Both the position numbers and the translations under genes were made by a program. Positions 1 to 8,582 of a DNA stretch of 64,000 nucleotides are shown piece by piece. The notes beneath the pieces were generated by a model. The model had not been told where the DNA came from. It searched no databases and was given only the letters and a program-made list of their open reading frames with translations. Position 1 is the first letter of the stretch, and the number at the start of each line of letters is the position of its first letter. The DNA lies in NCBI GenBank assembly GCA_963781885.1, contig CAWAHW010000002.1:224001-288000 (forward strand). Reading direction: 5' to 3'. The DNA comes from an uncultured Spirochaetota bacterium. Its GTDB lineage: Bacteria; Spirochaetota; Spirochaetia; SZUA-6; Fen-1364.

Positions 1-147
1 TGGCATTCGGCCCGGCCACGGTAGTCCGTGGCATTCGGCCCGGCCACGGTAGTCCGTGGCATTCGGCCCGGCGACGGTAGTCCGTGGCATTCGGCCCGGC
101 GACGGTACTCCGTGGCATTCGGCCCGGCCACGGTAGTCCGTGGCATT
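1..147 (+). repeat. Tandem array of a 28-bp palindromic unit (TGGCATTCGGCCCGGCCACGGTAGTCCG), 5 copies plus a partial, cut by the window edge
   Basis: Units start at 1, 29, 57, 85, 113 and 141. Each period contains the hairpin GCCACGG-TAGT-CCGTGGC, with minor variants in units 3 and 4. Confidence 0.95.
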
Positions 148-149
148 TC

Positions 150-178
150 TGGACGCGCCGTGCGCTTCCGGATAGGAT
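150..178 (+). promoter_or_regulatory. Putative sigma70 promoter
   Basis: TGGACG-N17-TAGGAT, followed by a GGAGG SD before the ATG at 197. Confidence 0.55.
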
Positions 179-196
179 CACGGTCGGAGGTGGCGA

Positions 197-1399
197 ATGG
201 CTGCAACACGCGCGCAGGTTGAGAATGCACTGGCGGCCGGCAATGGCATCTTGAGCCTCGAACCGGCATGGGTGGCCCGGGACTTCCTTCCCGCGGGCCG
301 CAGGCTCGGTCTTCCCGAGGAAGCCTATGACGTGGGAGAGCGCGGGTGGATCAGCGAGCGGTGGCTTGCCTCCACGACAAAGGCGGACAACAGGATCGCC
401 CTTCCCGACGAGGGCCTGAGCTACATCGCGGGCAAGGGCCCCCGCATGACGTTGCGCGACGCGGTGGAGGCGGCACCGGACCTCGTCATGGGTGATGAGT
501 ATGCGAAAACGCACAAGGGCCTGGGCAGGCTTGCAAAGATATTCGACTACGCGGCGCGTTTGCCCTACCACATTCACCAGCGGCAGAAGGACCTGGACAG
601 GCTGGGGCGGACGTCGAAGGAAGAGGCCTACTACTTCCCCGATGGCGTCGAGATGGGGCCGCACCCCGAGACATTTTTCGGCGTGCATCCGTCCCTTGTG
701 GAGCGCCGGCAATTCGACCTGCTCCTCCCGTATCTCGTCGAGTGGAAGGACGATCGCATCCTTCGCTTCGCGCGCGCCTATCTGCAAGTGGCCGATGAAG
801 GCTTCCATCTTCCGGCGGGCGGTCTCCATGCACCCGGCAGCGCCCTGACAATCGAGCTGCAGGAGGACTCGGACGTTTTCGCGATGCTCCAGGCACTCAA
901 TGCCGGGTCAATCATTTCGAAGGAGCTCTTCTGGAAGGACGTGCATCCCGATGACAGAAAGAAAATCGGTGAGCGGGCCGTTCTCAACCAGATCGACTGG
1001 GAGGTGAGTGGCGACCCCTTCTTCTATGAGAACCGTCACACCTCGCCGCAGCCTGTCGCCAACGGAAGCCAGCCCGGCGGAGAAGAGTACTGGATCTACT
1101 ACAACACGCGGAAGTTCAGCGGCAAAAAGCTCGTCGTGAAGCCCGGGGGGAGCTACACGAGCCGGGACAAGGGCGTGTACAGCATCTTCGCCTGGCGGGG
1201 CAGCGGCACGGTCGACGGCCGCGACGTGGCAGGAAAGGACCACCAGCGGGACGAGCTCCTCGTGTCCCATGCCCGCGCCACGGTCCCGATCACGGTGAAG
1301 AATACCGGACGCGACGACCTTGTGCTGCTGAAGTTCTTCGGCCCGGACATAAATCCCGATGTCCCCATGATCCCGCACTACGGCACCTGGCGTCCATAG
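197..1399 (+). CDS. Cupin-fold sugar(-phosphate) isomerase, similar to class I mannose-6-phosphate isomerase
   Basis: Metal-binding motifs YHIHQ, KEEAYY and LHAPG..IELQEDSD; GGAGG SD. Confidence 0.65.
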   Translation: MAATRAQVENALAAGNGILSLEPAWVARDFLPAGRRLGLPEEAYDVGERGWISERWLASTTKADNRIALPDEGLSYIAGKGPRMTLRDAVEAAPDLVMGDEYAKTHKGLGRLAKIFDYAARLPYHIHQRQKDLDRLGRTSKEEAYYFPDGVEMGPHPETFFGVHPSLVERRQFDLLLPYLVEWKDDRILRFARAYLQVADEGFHLPAGGLHAPGSALTIELQEDSDVFAMLQALNAGSIISKELFWKDVHPDDRKKIGERAVLNQIDWEVSGDPFFYENRHTSPQPVANGSQPGGEEYWIYYNTRKFSGKKLVVKPGGSYTSRDKGVYSIFAWRGSGTVDGRDVAGKDHQRDELLVSHARATVPITVKNTGRDDLVLLKFFGPDINPDVPMIPHYGTWRP

Positions 1400-1415
1400 G
1401 CAGCAGGAGACGGAT

Positions 1416-2612
1416 ATGGCAGAAAGCACAGGTTTCACGTCCATGGCCGCATCACGGCCGGCCCGGCCCGCGCCCGAGATCGGCATCGGCATGCTGGGCT
1501 ACGCGTTCATGGGCAAGGCCCATTCCAACGCGTTCAAGAAGATCCCTTACATGATGTACCCGCCGGTCGCGATCCCGCGCCTGATCGCGCTGTGCGGAAG
1601 GGACGGCGAGGCTGTCTCCGCGGCGGCGGAGAGATACGGCTACGAGGGGTTCTACACGGACTGGCGGAAGATGCTCGGCGACCCGCGCATCCAGCTCTTC
1701 GACAATGGCGGGCCCAACGACATGCACGCGGAGCCCACGATCGAAGCGGCAAAGGCCGGCAAGCACGTGTTCTGCGAAAAGCCGCTTGCGCGGGACGCGA
1801 CGGAAGCGAAGACGATACTCGATGCCGCCGTGAAGGCGGGCGTCAAGCACCAGATGGCGTTCAACTATCGCTTCGTTCCGGCCGTGCGGCAGGCCTATGA
1901 GCTCGTCCGCGCGGGGAAGCTCGGGAAGCTGTACCACTTCCGCGCCCAGTACCTCCAAGAATGGATCATGCCGCACTATCACGTCCCCATGATATGGCGC
2001 ACGGAAAAAAAGCACTGCGGCACCGGCGCCATCGGCGACCTGGGCTCCCACGTGCTCGATCTCGCCCGATTCCTCATGGGCGAGGTGACGGGCGTGAGCG
2101 CGATGACACGGACCTTCGTCACGGAGAGGCCTCTGCCCGATGGAAAGGGAATGGGGAAGGTCGACGTGGACGATGCATTCGTGTCGATACTCGAGTTCGC
2201 CAACGGCGGCATCGGCACGCTGGAGGCGACGCGATTTGCCGCCGGTCACAAGAACTCAGGCACCTTCGAGATCAATGGGGAGAAGGGAAGCATCCGCTTC
2301 AACCTGGAAAAGCTCAACGAGCTGCAGGTCTTCTGGGTCGACGAGGAGCCGCGGGAGACGCAGGGCTTCCACGAGGTGAATGTCACCGAGCCGCATCATC
2401 CTTTCATGTCCAACTGGTGGCCGCAGGGGCACATCATCGGCTGGGAGCATACCTTCGTGCACGAGCTCAACCATTTCCTGGACTGCATCGTGAACAGGAA
2501 GGACGTGGCCCCGTACGGCGCCACATTCGAGGACGGCTATCGTAACGCGGTGATCTGCGACGCCATCGTCCAATCGGCTGCCGCGCGCAGACAGGTCGAC
2601 GTAAGGTTCTGA
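1416..2612 (+). CDS. Gfo/Idh/MocA family oxidoreductase
   Basis: GYAFMGKAH Rossmann motif, CEKP and GDLGSH motifs. Confidence 0.9.
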   Translation: MAESTGFTSMAASRPARPAPEIGIGMLGYAFMGKAHSNAFKKIPYMMYPPVAIPRLIALCGRDGEAVSAAAERYGYEGFYTDWRKMLGDPRIQLFDNGGPNDMHAEPTIEAAKAGKHVFCEKPLARDATEAKTILDAAVKAGVKHQMAFNYRFVPAVRQAYELVRAGKLGKLYHFRAQYLQEWIMPHYHVPMIWRTEKKHCGTGAIGDLGSHVLDLARFLMGEVTGVSAMTRTFVTERPLPDGKGMGKVDVDDAFVSILEFANGGIGTLEATRFAAGHKNSGTFEINGEKGSIRFNLEKLNELQVFWVDEEPRETQGFHEVNVTEPHHPFMSNWWPQGHIIGWEHTFVHELNHFLDCIVNRKDVAPYGATFEDGYRNAVICDAIVQSAAARRQVDVRF

Positions 2613-2708
2613 TTCTTTTGCAGGCTTTTTACATTCCTTTTTCTCTTCCCTGACAACGCCGCGCTCCGTTGGATGCACGCTCTCTGCGTGTCACTGCGGG
2701 AGGTGCAT

Positions 2709-4985
2709 ATGGAAACAGCGTTTCGATTTCGTCGATGGCTGGTGGGAGCGGCGTTTATGGCCGCGATTGCCGCCCCCGCGATGCTGGGCGCGGACGGGCT
2801 CATCATCGTGGAGAATCCGGGGGATTCCGTGCCGGGGCATTTCAGCTTCGCGCCGCTGTCCGTCACCTATCACCACGTGAGCGTGGCGATCACGGACCTT
2901 GCCGCGGTCACCACCGTGGACGAGGAGTTCTACAACCCGGGCAGCCAGAGGCTGGAAGGGACCTACATGTTCCCGCTGCCCGCCGGCGCGCAGATCGACT
3001 CCTTCTCCCTGGACATCAACGGGACAATGACGAAGGCGGAGCTCCTTCCTGCCGACAAGGCCCGTGCATTCTACGAGGAAATCGTGCGCACGATGAAGGA
3101 CCCCGCGCTTCTGGAATACGTGGGCAGGGGGGCTTTCCAGCTTCGGATCTATCCGATCGAGCCCCGATCCGGCAAGCGCATCATCATCACGTATTCCCAG
3201 CTCCTCACGAATGACGGGGGACTGGTCACCTACACGTATCCCCTGAACACGGAGAGGTTCAGCTCCGCCGCGCTGAAGGACGTGTCGGTGAGCGTCACGC
3301 TGGACGGCAAGCAGCCGCTGCGGAGCGTCTATTGCCCCAGCCACCCGGCGGAGATACACCGGGACGGCGACCGTCGGGCGGTAGTCGGATGGGAGGGTCG
3401 GGACGTGTGGCCCGACACGGATTTCACCGTCATGTGGAGCCGCACCCCGAGCCCGCTCGGCATCGACCTGCAGGCGGTCCGGTCGACGACAGGCGATGGA
3501 TACTTCATGCTCCTTGCGTCGCCCGGCTCGGTGCCGGACGCGGGAGGCGTGCAGCCAAAAGACATCTGTTTCGTGCTGGACACCTCGGGCTCCATGGCGG
3601 GAGCGAAGATGGGGCAGGCAAAGAAGGCCATCGAGTTCTGCCTGGCGAACCTGGGCAGGCAGGACAGGTTCGAAATCGTGCGCTTCTCAACGGAGGCGGA
3701 GCCCCTCTTCGGCAGCCTCGTGCCCGCGGACAAGGATCACGTGGACAAGGCGGTGAGCTTCGTGGACGGGCTTTCCGCCATCGGCGGCACGGCGATCGGC
3801 GACGCGCTGGACAGCGCCCTCGCGCTGCGGACGCCGGGAGGGACCCGGCCATACCTCGTCATCTTTCTTACCGACGGCATTCCGACGGTGGGTGAGACCG
3901 GCGAGGACACGCTCGTCGCGGAGGCATCACGGGCCGGCAGTGGCGCGCGGATCTTCACCTTCGGCATCGGCAACGACGTAAACACGCACCTCCTGGACCG
4001 CATCGCCTCCGAGACCCGGGCCGTCAGCCAGTACGTCCTTCCGAAAGAAGACATCGAGGTGAAGCTCAGCAGCTTCTATGCGAAGATACGCGATCCCGTG
4101 CTTTCGGGGTTGTCGCTCGACATCACCGGCACCGGCATCCGCGTGACCCAGCTCCAGCCGGCCGTCCTGCCGGATCTCTTCAGCGGCGACATGCTCGTGG
4201 TATTCGGACGCTACACCGGCTCCGGCACCGCGACGGCGCGCATCACGGGCACATTCAACGGCGCACCGAGGGAGTTCAGCGCGGAGGTGACGATCCCCGC
4301 GCGCACCGGTGCCGATTCCTTCGTGCCCCGCATGTGGGCGACCCGGCGCGTCGGCTGGCTGCTCGACCAGATGCGGCTGCACGGTGAATCCGACGAGCTT
4401 CGCGATGAGGTGATCCGGCTTGCCCGCGATTTCGGAATCGTCACGCCGTACACCGCCTATCTCGTGGTGGAAGATGAGGCGCGCCGCAACGTGCCGGAGC
4501 AGATCCGGTCCTTCCAGGACCTGGAAAAGGACAAGGGGGCGATGGACGACGTCCAGGCGCGCCTTGACTCCGTGCGCAAGGAGGCAGCGTCCGAGGCGAG
4601 CAGGGCAGGGGCGCCCGCCGTCGCCAATTCCATGGCTCTGCAGGACCTGACGTCCAGCACGAATATCCAGCAGTCATCCCAGGGGGAGGGGCTTGCGCGG
4701 CCTGCGTCACCGAATGCGGCGCCCGGCGGCTATCGCGACTTCCAGACGCGCAACTATGCGCAGCAGGCACAGATGGTGAACGGCCGCGCCTTCTACCTGA
4801 ACGGCAACATCTGGACGGATTCCACCGCACAGGCGGTGAAAAAGCTCGCGCAGATCCAGCTCAGATTCGCGAGCGCCGACTACTTCGCCTTCATGGCGAA
4901 GCACCCCGACGCGGCGCAGTGGCTGGCGCTGGGCAGCAACCTGGACCTCGTGGTGGACGGCGTTCTGGTGAGCATCAGGGAGTAG
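2709..4985 (+). CDS. Secreted VIT + vWA domain protein (inter-alpha-trypsin inhibitor-like)
   Basis: Signal peptide, VIT domain (EGTYMFPLP), MIDAS motifs DTSGS, GGT and FLTDG, and IVTPYTAYLV. Start chosen at the ATG after GGAGG. Confidence 0.9.
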   Translation: METAFRFRRWLVGAAFMAAIAAPAMLGADGLIIVENPGDSVPGHFSFAPLSVTYHHVSVAITDLAAVTTVDEEFYNPGSQRLEGTYMFPLPAGAQIDSFSLDINGTMTKAELLPADKARAFYEEIVRTMKDPALLEYVGRGAFQLRIYPIEPRSGKRIIITYSQLLTNDGGLVTYTYPLNTERFSSAALKDVSVSVTLDGKQPLRSVYCPSHPAEIHRDGDRRAVVGWEGRDVWPDTDFTVMWSRTPSPLGIDLQAVRSTTGDGYFMLLASPGSVPDAGGVQPKDICFVLDTSGSMAGAKMGQAKKAIEFCLANLGRQDRFEIVRFSTEAEPLFGSLVPADKDHVDKAVSFVDGLSAIGGTAIGDALDSALALRTPGGTRPYLVIFLTDGIPTVGETGEDTLVAEASRAGSGARIFTFGIGNDVNTHLLDRIASETRAVSQYVLPKEDIEVKLSSFYAKIRDPVLSGLSLDITGTGIRVTQLQPAVLPDLFSGDMLVVFGRYTGSGTATARITGTFNGAPREFSAEVTIPARTGADSFVPRMWATRRVGWLLDQMRLHGESDELRDEVIRLARDFGIVTPYTAYLVVEDEARRNVPEQIRSFQDLEKDKGAMDDVQARLDSVRKEAASEASRAGAPAVANSMALQDLTSSTNIQQSSQGEGLARPASPNAAPGGYRDFQTRNYAQQAQMVNGRAFYLNGNIWTDSTAQAVKKLAQIQLRFASADYFAFMAKHPDAAQWLALGSNLDLVVDGVLVSIRE

Positions 4986-5007
4986 CGGGCCTTCCGTGAG
5001 CGAAAGA

Positions 5008-5027
5008 GGCCGCCGGAAACGGCGGCC
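5008..5027. terminator. GC hairpin between convergent genes, likely terminator
   Basis: GGCCGCCG-GAAA-CGGCGGCC; followed by TCTTT on the minus strand. Confidence 0.5.
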
Positions 5028-5097
5028 GATCATATCGGCACGCAATAGGCAAGGACAGATTCAACCGGGCAAAGCGGCCAGTTTTTGTGATCGTGGT

Positions 5098-5571
5098 CTA
5101 TTTGCCCGCCTCGAACAGCCCCAGGAATTCCTTCTTCAGCAGCAAATCAAAAAACAGCGACGAGCCGTCCTTCATCGCAAAAAGCATGACGGGGTTGGCA
5201 ACGACCCGATCGAAAAACGAGACGGGTCGAAGGGAGTCCGACGCCACGCCGCCGGCGATGGCGCCCATCGCGCCCCGGCGCGTCACCAGGCGGGCGCCCT
5301 GCACGTCGGCCACGGCAAAGGAGAATTCCGTCTTTGTGAATGAGCCGCGGGGACGCACGACGCGGGCGAGCCAGTTATCGTGCTCGAAGTCCTCGAACCA
5401 GACCATGCTCCCCACGGTGTACAGGAGCCCGGGCAGCTCGACGAGCTCATCGTGCGACCTGCCCAGGAAGGTGGCGAAGCTGGTGAGGCCAATGGGACCG
5501 CCTCTTTTTTCCGCGGTCTCCTGCCAGAACGCCTCGGGTGATTCTTCTTTTCTCCGGCTCCAGAGCTGCAT
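5098..5571 (-). CDS. Hypothetical protein, possibly PH-like fold
   Basis: Plausible composition; follows the AKR gene after a 12-bp gap. Confidence 0.65.
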   Translation of the reverse strand: MQLWSRRKEESPEAFWQETAEKRGGPIGLTSFATFLGRSHDELVELPGLLYTVGSMVWFEDFEHDNWLARVVRPRGSFTKTEFSFAVADVQGARLVTRRGAMGAIAGGVASDSLRPVSFFDRVVANPVMLFAMKDGSSLFFDLLLKKEFLGLFEAGK

Positions 5572-5583
5572 GTGTCCCTACCT

Positions 5584-6675
5584 TTAATGGGCCGGGAGGG
5601 CCGCGATCTCCGCCATGCGCGAGATGATGGGCAAGTGCTGCGTGCAAAGCTTTTCGCACTGGCCGCATTCCGTGCAGCGCGCCGCCTCGGAAGGCGACAC
5701 GCTCCAGTGCCATCCCAGGCGCTCCGTGATCGCGGCGCTGCGGCCGTAGAGCTTGCCGTGGTTCCAGGCTTCCATGAGCTTCGGAATGGGGATGCCCTCC
5801 GGACAGCTGTCGCAGTACTGGCAGCCGGTGCAGAGGTCCACGAATGAGGGCCCCAGCGACGCCTTGATCTTTTCGATGCCGGCCGTGGAGAGCGGAACGA
5901 ATCCGTCGATGGCGGTGGCTGCTTCCCGGACCTGCTCCACGGTGGAGAATCCCACGAGCGAGCAGGTGATCTTTTCGTGGGAGAAGAGGAATCGCAGGGC
6001 TCCCTGCACGACCGTTTCGCCGGGGTGAGTCGAAAGGAACGAGAAAAGCGACGGGTGTGACGGGATGATGCCGCCGCCCAGCGGGTTCATCACCACGCAG
6101 CCGAGGTCATGCGCCGTGATTGCTTCAAAGGCCTTTTCGCGCACGTTGAAGTTGTACGCCGAATAGCCGAAGAGGACGCCTTCGAATACCCCTTCCATGA
6201 GAAGCTCGCGGATATCGTCGCCGATCAAATGGCTGGAGACGCAGACGTGCCGGATGAGGCCTTCCTCCTTCAGCTTGCGGAAGACCTGGATGACGCCTTC
6301 CTTGCGCCGCGTGCGCCATTCCTCCAGGCTCGTGATGCACCAGACGTGGTAGAAATCGATCGTCGAAAGCCCCAGTCGCTTGAGCTGCGCCTCGATCTCC
6401 TTTCGGATGCCCTTTTCCGTGGACTGGAACGTCTTTGTGGAGCTGTAGAAGGGGAGGTTGCGCCGACGCAGCTCGGCGAATCCGTGGCCGAAGGCGATTT
6501 CGCTTTTCACGCCGAAATAGGCCGGGGCGGTGTCGAAGTAGTTGATGCCCGACTCCGCCGCCTGCACCATCATCGCCGTGCACGCGTCACGGTCATCCAC
6601 CGCGCCGAAGCGCATGCCGCCGAAGCCGAGTATCGAAACCTTTTCCCCGGTCCTGCCGTATTCCCTGTAGATCAT
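5584..6675 (-). CDS. Aldo/keto reductase with C-terminal 4Fe-4S dicluster domain
   Basis: GFGGMR and GINYFDTA motifs; CTGCQYC..CP and CTECGQCEKLC. Confidence 0.92.
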   Translation of the reverse strand: MIYREYGRTGEKVSILGFGGMRFGAVDDRDACTAMMVQAAESGINYFDTAPAYFGVKSEIAFGHGFAELRRRNLPFYSSTKTFQSTEKGIRKEIEAQLKRLGLSTIDFYHVWCITSLEEWRTRRKEGVIQVFRKLKEEGLIRHVCVSSHLIGDDIRELLMEGVFEGVLFGYSAYNFNVREKAFEAITAHDLGCVVMNPLGGGIIPSHPSLFSFLSTHPGETVVQGALRFLFSHEKITCSLVGFSTVEQVREAATAIDGFVPLSTAGIEKIKASLGPSFVDLCTGCQYCDSCPEGIPIPKLMEAWNHGKLYGRSAAITERLGWHWSVSPSEAARCTECGQCEKLCTQHLPIISRMAEIAALPAH

Positions 6676-6754
6676 GTCCTGTCACGATAGCGCGCGAGCA
6701 GGTCGCCCGTCAATTGAAAAAGGCGCTTCCCCTGCACGCCCCGCGGCCGCGCCA

Positions 6755-7867
6755 TCACTCCTGGGCGACGCCCTCTGCGGGCGCGAGAGATGGGGGCTCG
6801 GTCGCAAGGGGCTCGGGCCGCGCGACCGGGTAGCGGAGCGTGACGTAGCGCTCGGAGCTCGAGGCATCGTGCACCGCGTGCATGATCTCAAGGGCGTGAA
6901 ACGCCAGGGCGCCGGATGCGCGGTGTTGCCTGCCCGCAGCCATGGCGTCCACCATCTCGGCGAGGCCCAGGCCGCGCAGATTTTCTGCCTCCTGCACGGG
7001 AACGTCGATCCATTCCTCGTCCACGCTGGCCCGCATGCGCACGGGACCGCCGTATGTATTCGGGTCCGGCACGGAGAGAGAGCCCTCGGTGCCATAGATC
7101 TCGATGCGCGGCAGCGTCGCGTGCCAGATGTCGAAGGAAAGGATGAAGCTTCCCACCGCGCCGCAGGCGAAATCGATGGTGCCCGCAGCATGCGTGGGAA
7201 CGTCCACGTCGATGAGCTGGCCCGCCTTCGGACCCGTCCCGACGACGCGCCGCCGGAATGTGCGGGAAACGGAGCCCGAGACGCGTTGCGCGGGGCCCAG
7301 GAGCGCGATGAGCGCCGTGAAGTAATACGGTCCCATGTCGAAGACGGGTCCGCCGCCCTGCGCGTAGTAGAAGGCGGGATCCGGATGCCAGCTCTCGGGA
7401 CCGTGGCCGGTCATGAAGGCCGTGGCGGCCACGGGTGCGCCAATGGCGCCTTCGTCGATCAGGCGGATGCATGTCTGGATGCCGGCCCCGAGAAATGTGT
7501 CAGGGGCGGCGCCCACGCGCAGGTTTTTTTTCCGCGCGAGAGTCATGATGCGTTCCGCGTCTTTCAGCGAAACGCTCAAGGGCTTCTCCGTATAGACGTG
7601 CTTTCCCTCCCCCAGCGCCGCCAGACATATCTCGGCGTGCGAAAGGGGGGTGGTGAGGTTCAGGACTATCTCGATGGATTCGTCGGCGAGCATGTCCTCC
7701 ACACTGCACGATTTCACGGCGTAGGCGGCAGCCTTTTCCCGTGCGCGCGCGGCATCGACGTCCGCCACTGCTGCCACCTTCACGTTGGAGAATCGCTTCG
7801 TGAGATTGGAAAGGTAGACGTCGCTGATCGTGCCGCAGCCGATGACGCCGACTTTCACCCTATCCAT
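6755..7867 (-). CDS. Gfo/Idh/MocA family oxidoreductase, last gene of the ara operon
   Basis: GCGTIS, TEKP and DMGPYY motifs; start overlaps the araD stop. Confidence 0.9.
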   Translation of the reverse strand: MDRVKVGVIGCGTISDVYLSNLTKRFSNVKVAAVADVDAARAREKAAAYAVKSCSVEDMLADESIEIVLNLTTPLSHAEICLAALGEGKHVYTEKPLSVSLKDAERIMTLARKKNLRVGAAPDTFLGAGIQTCIRLIDEGAIGAPVAATAFMTGHGPESWHPDPAFYYAQGGGPVFDMGPYYFTALIALLGPAQRVSGSVSRTFRRRVVGTGPKAGQLIDVDVPTHAAGTIDFACGAVGSFILSFDIWHATLPRIEIYGTEGSLSVPDPNTYGGPVRMRASVDEEWIDVPVQEAENLRGLGLAEMVDAMAAGRQHRASGALAFHALEIMHAVHDASSSERYVTLRYPVARPEPLATEPPSLAPAEGVAQE

Positions 7868-8582
7868 GCCCGCCTCCCTGGCCGTAGTACGCATCCTTGC
7901 CGTGCTTGCGCTGGTAGTGCTTGTCCAGCAGCGTTTTCTTCACGCCGCGGATGCGCGGGTTGACCTGGACGGCGATGGCCGCCATCTCCGCGGCGTATTC
8001 GAGCATCCACGCGTGATAGACCGCCTCCGCGGCATCCTTGCCCCAGGTGAAAGGACCGTGGGAGGCCACGAGCACCGCGGGCATGCCGTGATAGTCGATG
8101 CCGCGGAATGCATCCAGTATCTGGACCGCGGTCTCTTCTTCGTAGTCGCGCGTGATCTGTGCATCGGAGATCACCGCCGTGCAGGGCACTTCGCCGTGGA
8201 AGTAATCCGCGTGCGTGGTGCCCAGGCAGGGCAGGCCCCGGCGGGCTTCCGCCCACGCGGTGGCGTAGCGTGAATGCGTGTGCACGATGCCGCCGATGTC
8301 GGGGAACTCCCGATAGAGACGCACGTGCGTCTTCGTGTCCGACGAGGGGTTGAGGTCCCCCTCCACCTTTTTCCCGTCCAGGTCCAGTACGACCATGTTC
8401 TGCGGCGTCAGCTCGTCATAGTCCACGCCGCTGGGCTTGATGGCGATCAGCCCAATGGACCTGTCGATGCCCGAGACATTTCCGAACGTTGCCACCACCA
8501 GCCCGCGGTCCACGAGACTCTTGTTCGCCGCGCAGACGCCTTCCCGCAGGCGCAGCAGGAGCTTCTTGTCTGACGATTTCAT
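7860..8582 (-). CDS. araD: L-ribulose-5-phosphate 4-epimerase
   Basis: GNVSG, IKPSG, PSSDT, HTHS and the C-terminal HYQRKHGKDAYYGQ. Confidence 0.95.
   Translation of the reverse strand: MKSSDKKLLLRLREGVCAANKSLVDRGLVVATFGNVSGIDRSIGLIAIKPSGVDYDELTPQNMVVLDLDGKKVEGDLNPSSDTKTHVRLYREFPDIGGIVHTHSRYATAWAEARRGLPCLGTTHADYFHGEVPCTAVISDAQITRDYEEETAVQILDAFRGIDYHGMPAVLVASHGPFTWGKDAAEAVYHAWMLEYAAEMAAIAVQVNPRIRGVKKTLLDKHYQRKHGKDAYYGQGGGHG

Noticed and set aside
1-147. CRISPR array
   Set aside because: The units are contiguous with no unique spacers and there are no cas genes in the window. The same applies to 38740-38888.
28-222. 64-aa ORF
   Set aside because: It is a translation of the tandem repeat. The 28-bp period is not a multiple of 3.
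1416-2612. Levoglucosan dehydrogenase call
   Set aside because: The N-terminus is similar, but the C-terminal motif WWPQGHIIGWEH differs from what I recall for LgdA, so I kept the family-level call.
4986-5097. Riboswitch or ribozyme in the GAAA-hairpin region
   Set aside because: It lies between convergent 3' ends and I could not match a c-di-GMP or hammerhead core. A terminator is the simpler explanation.
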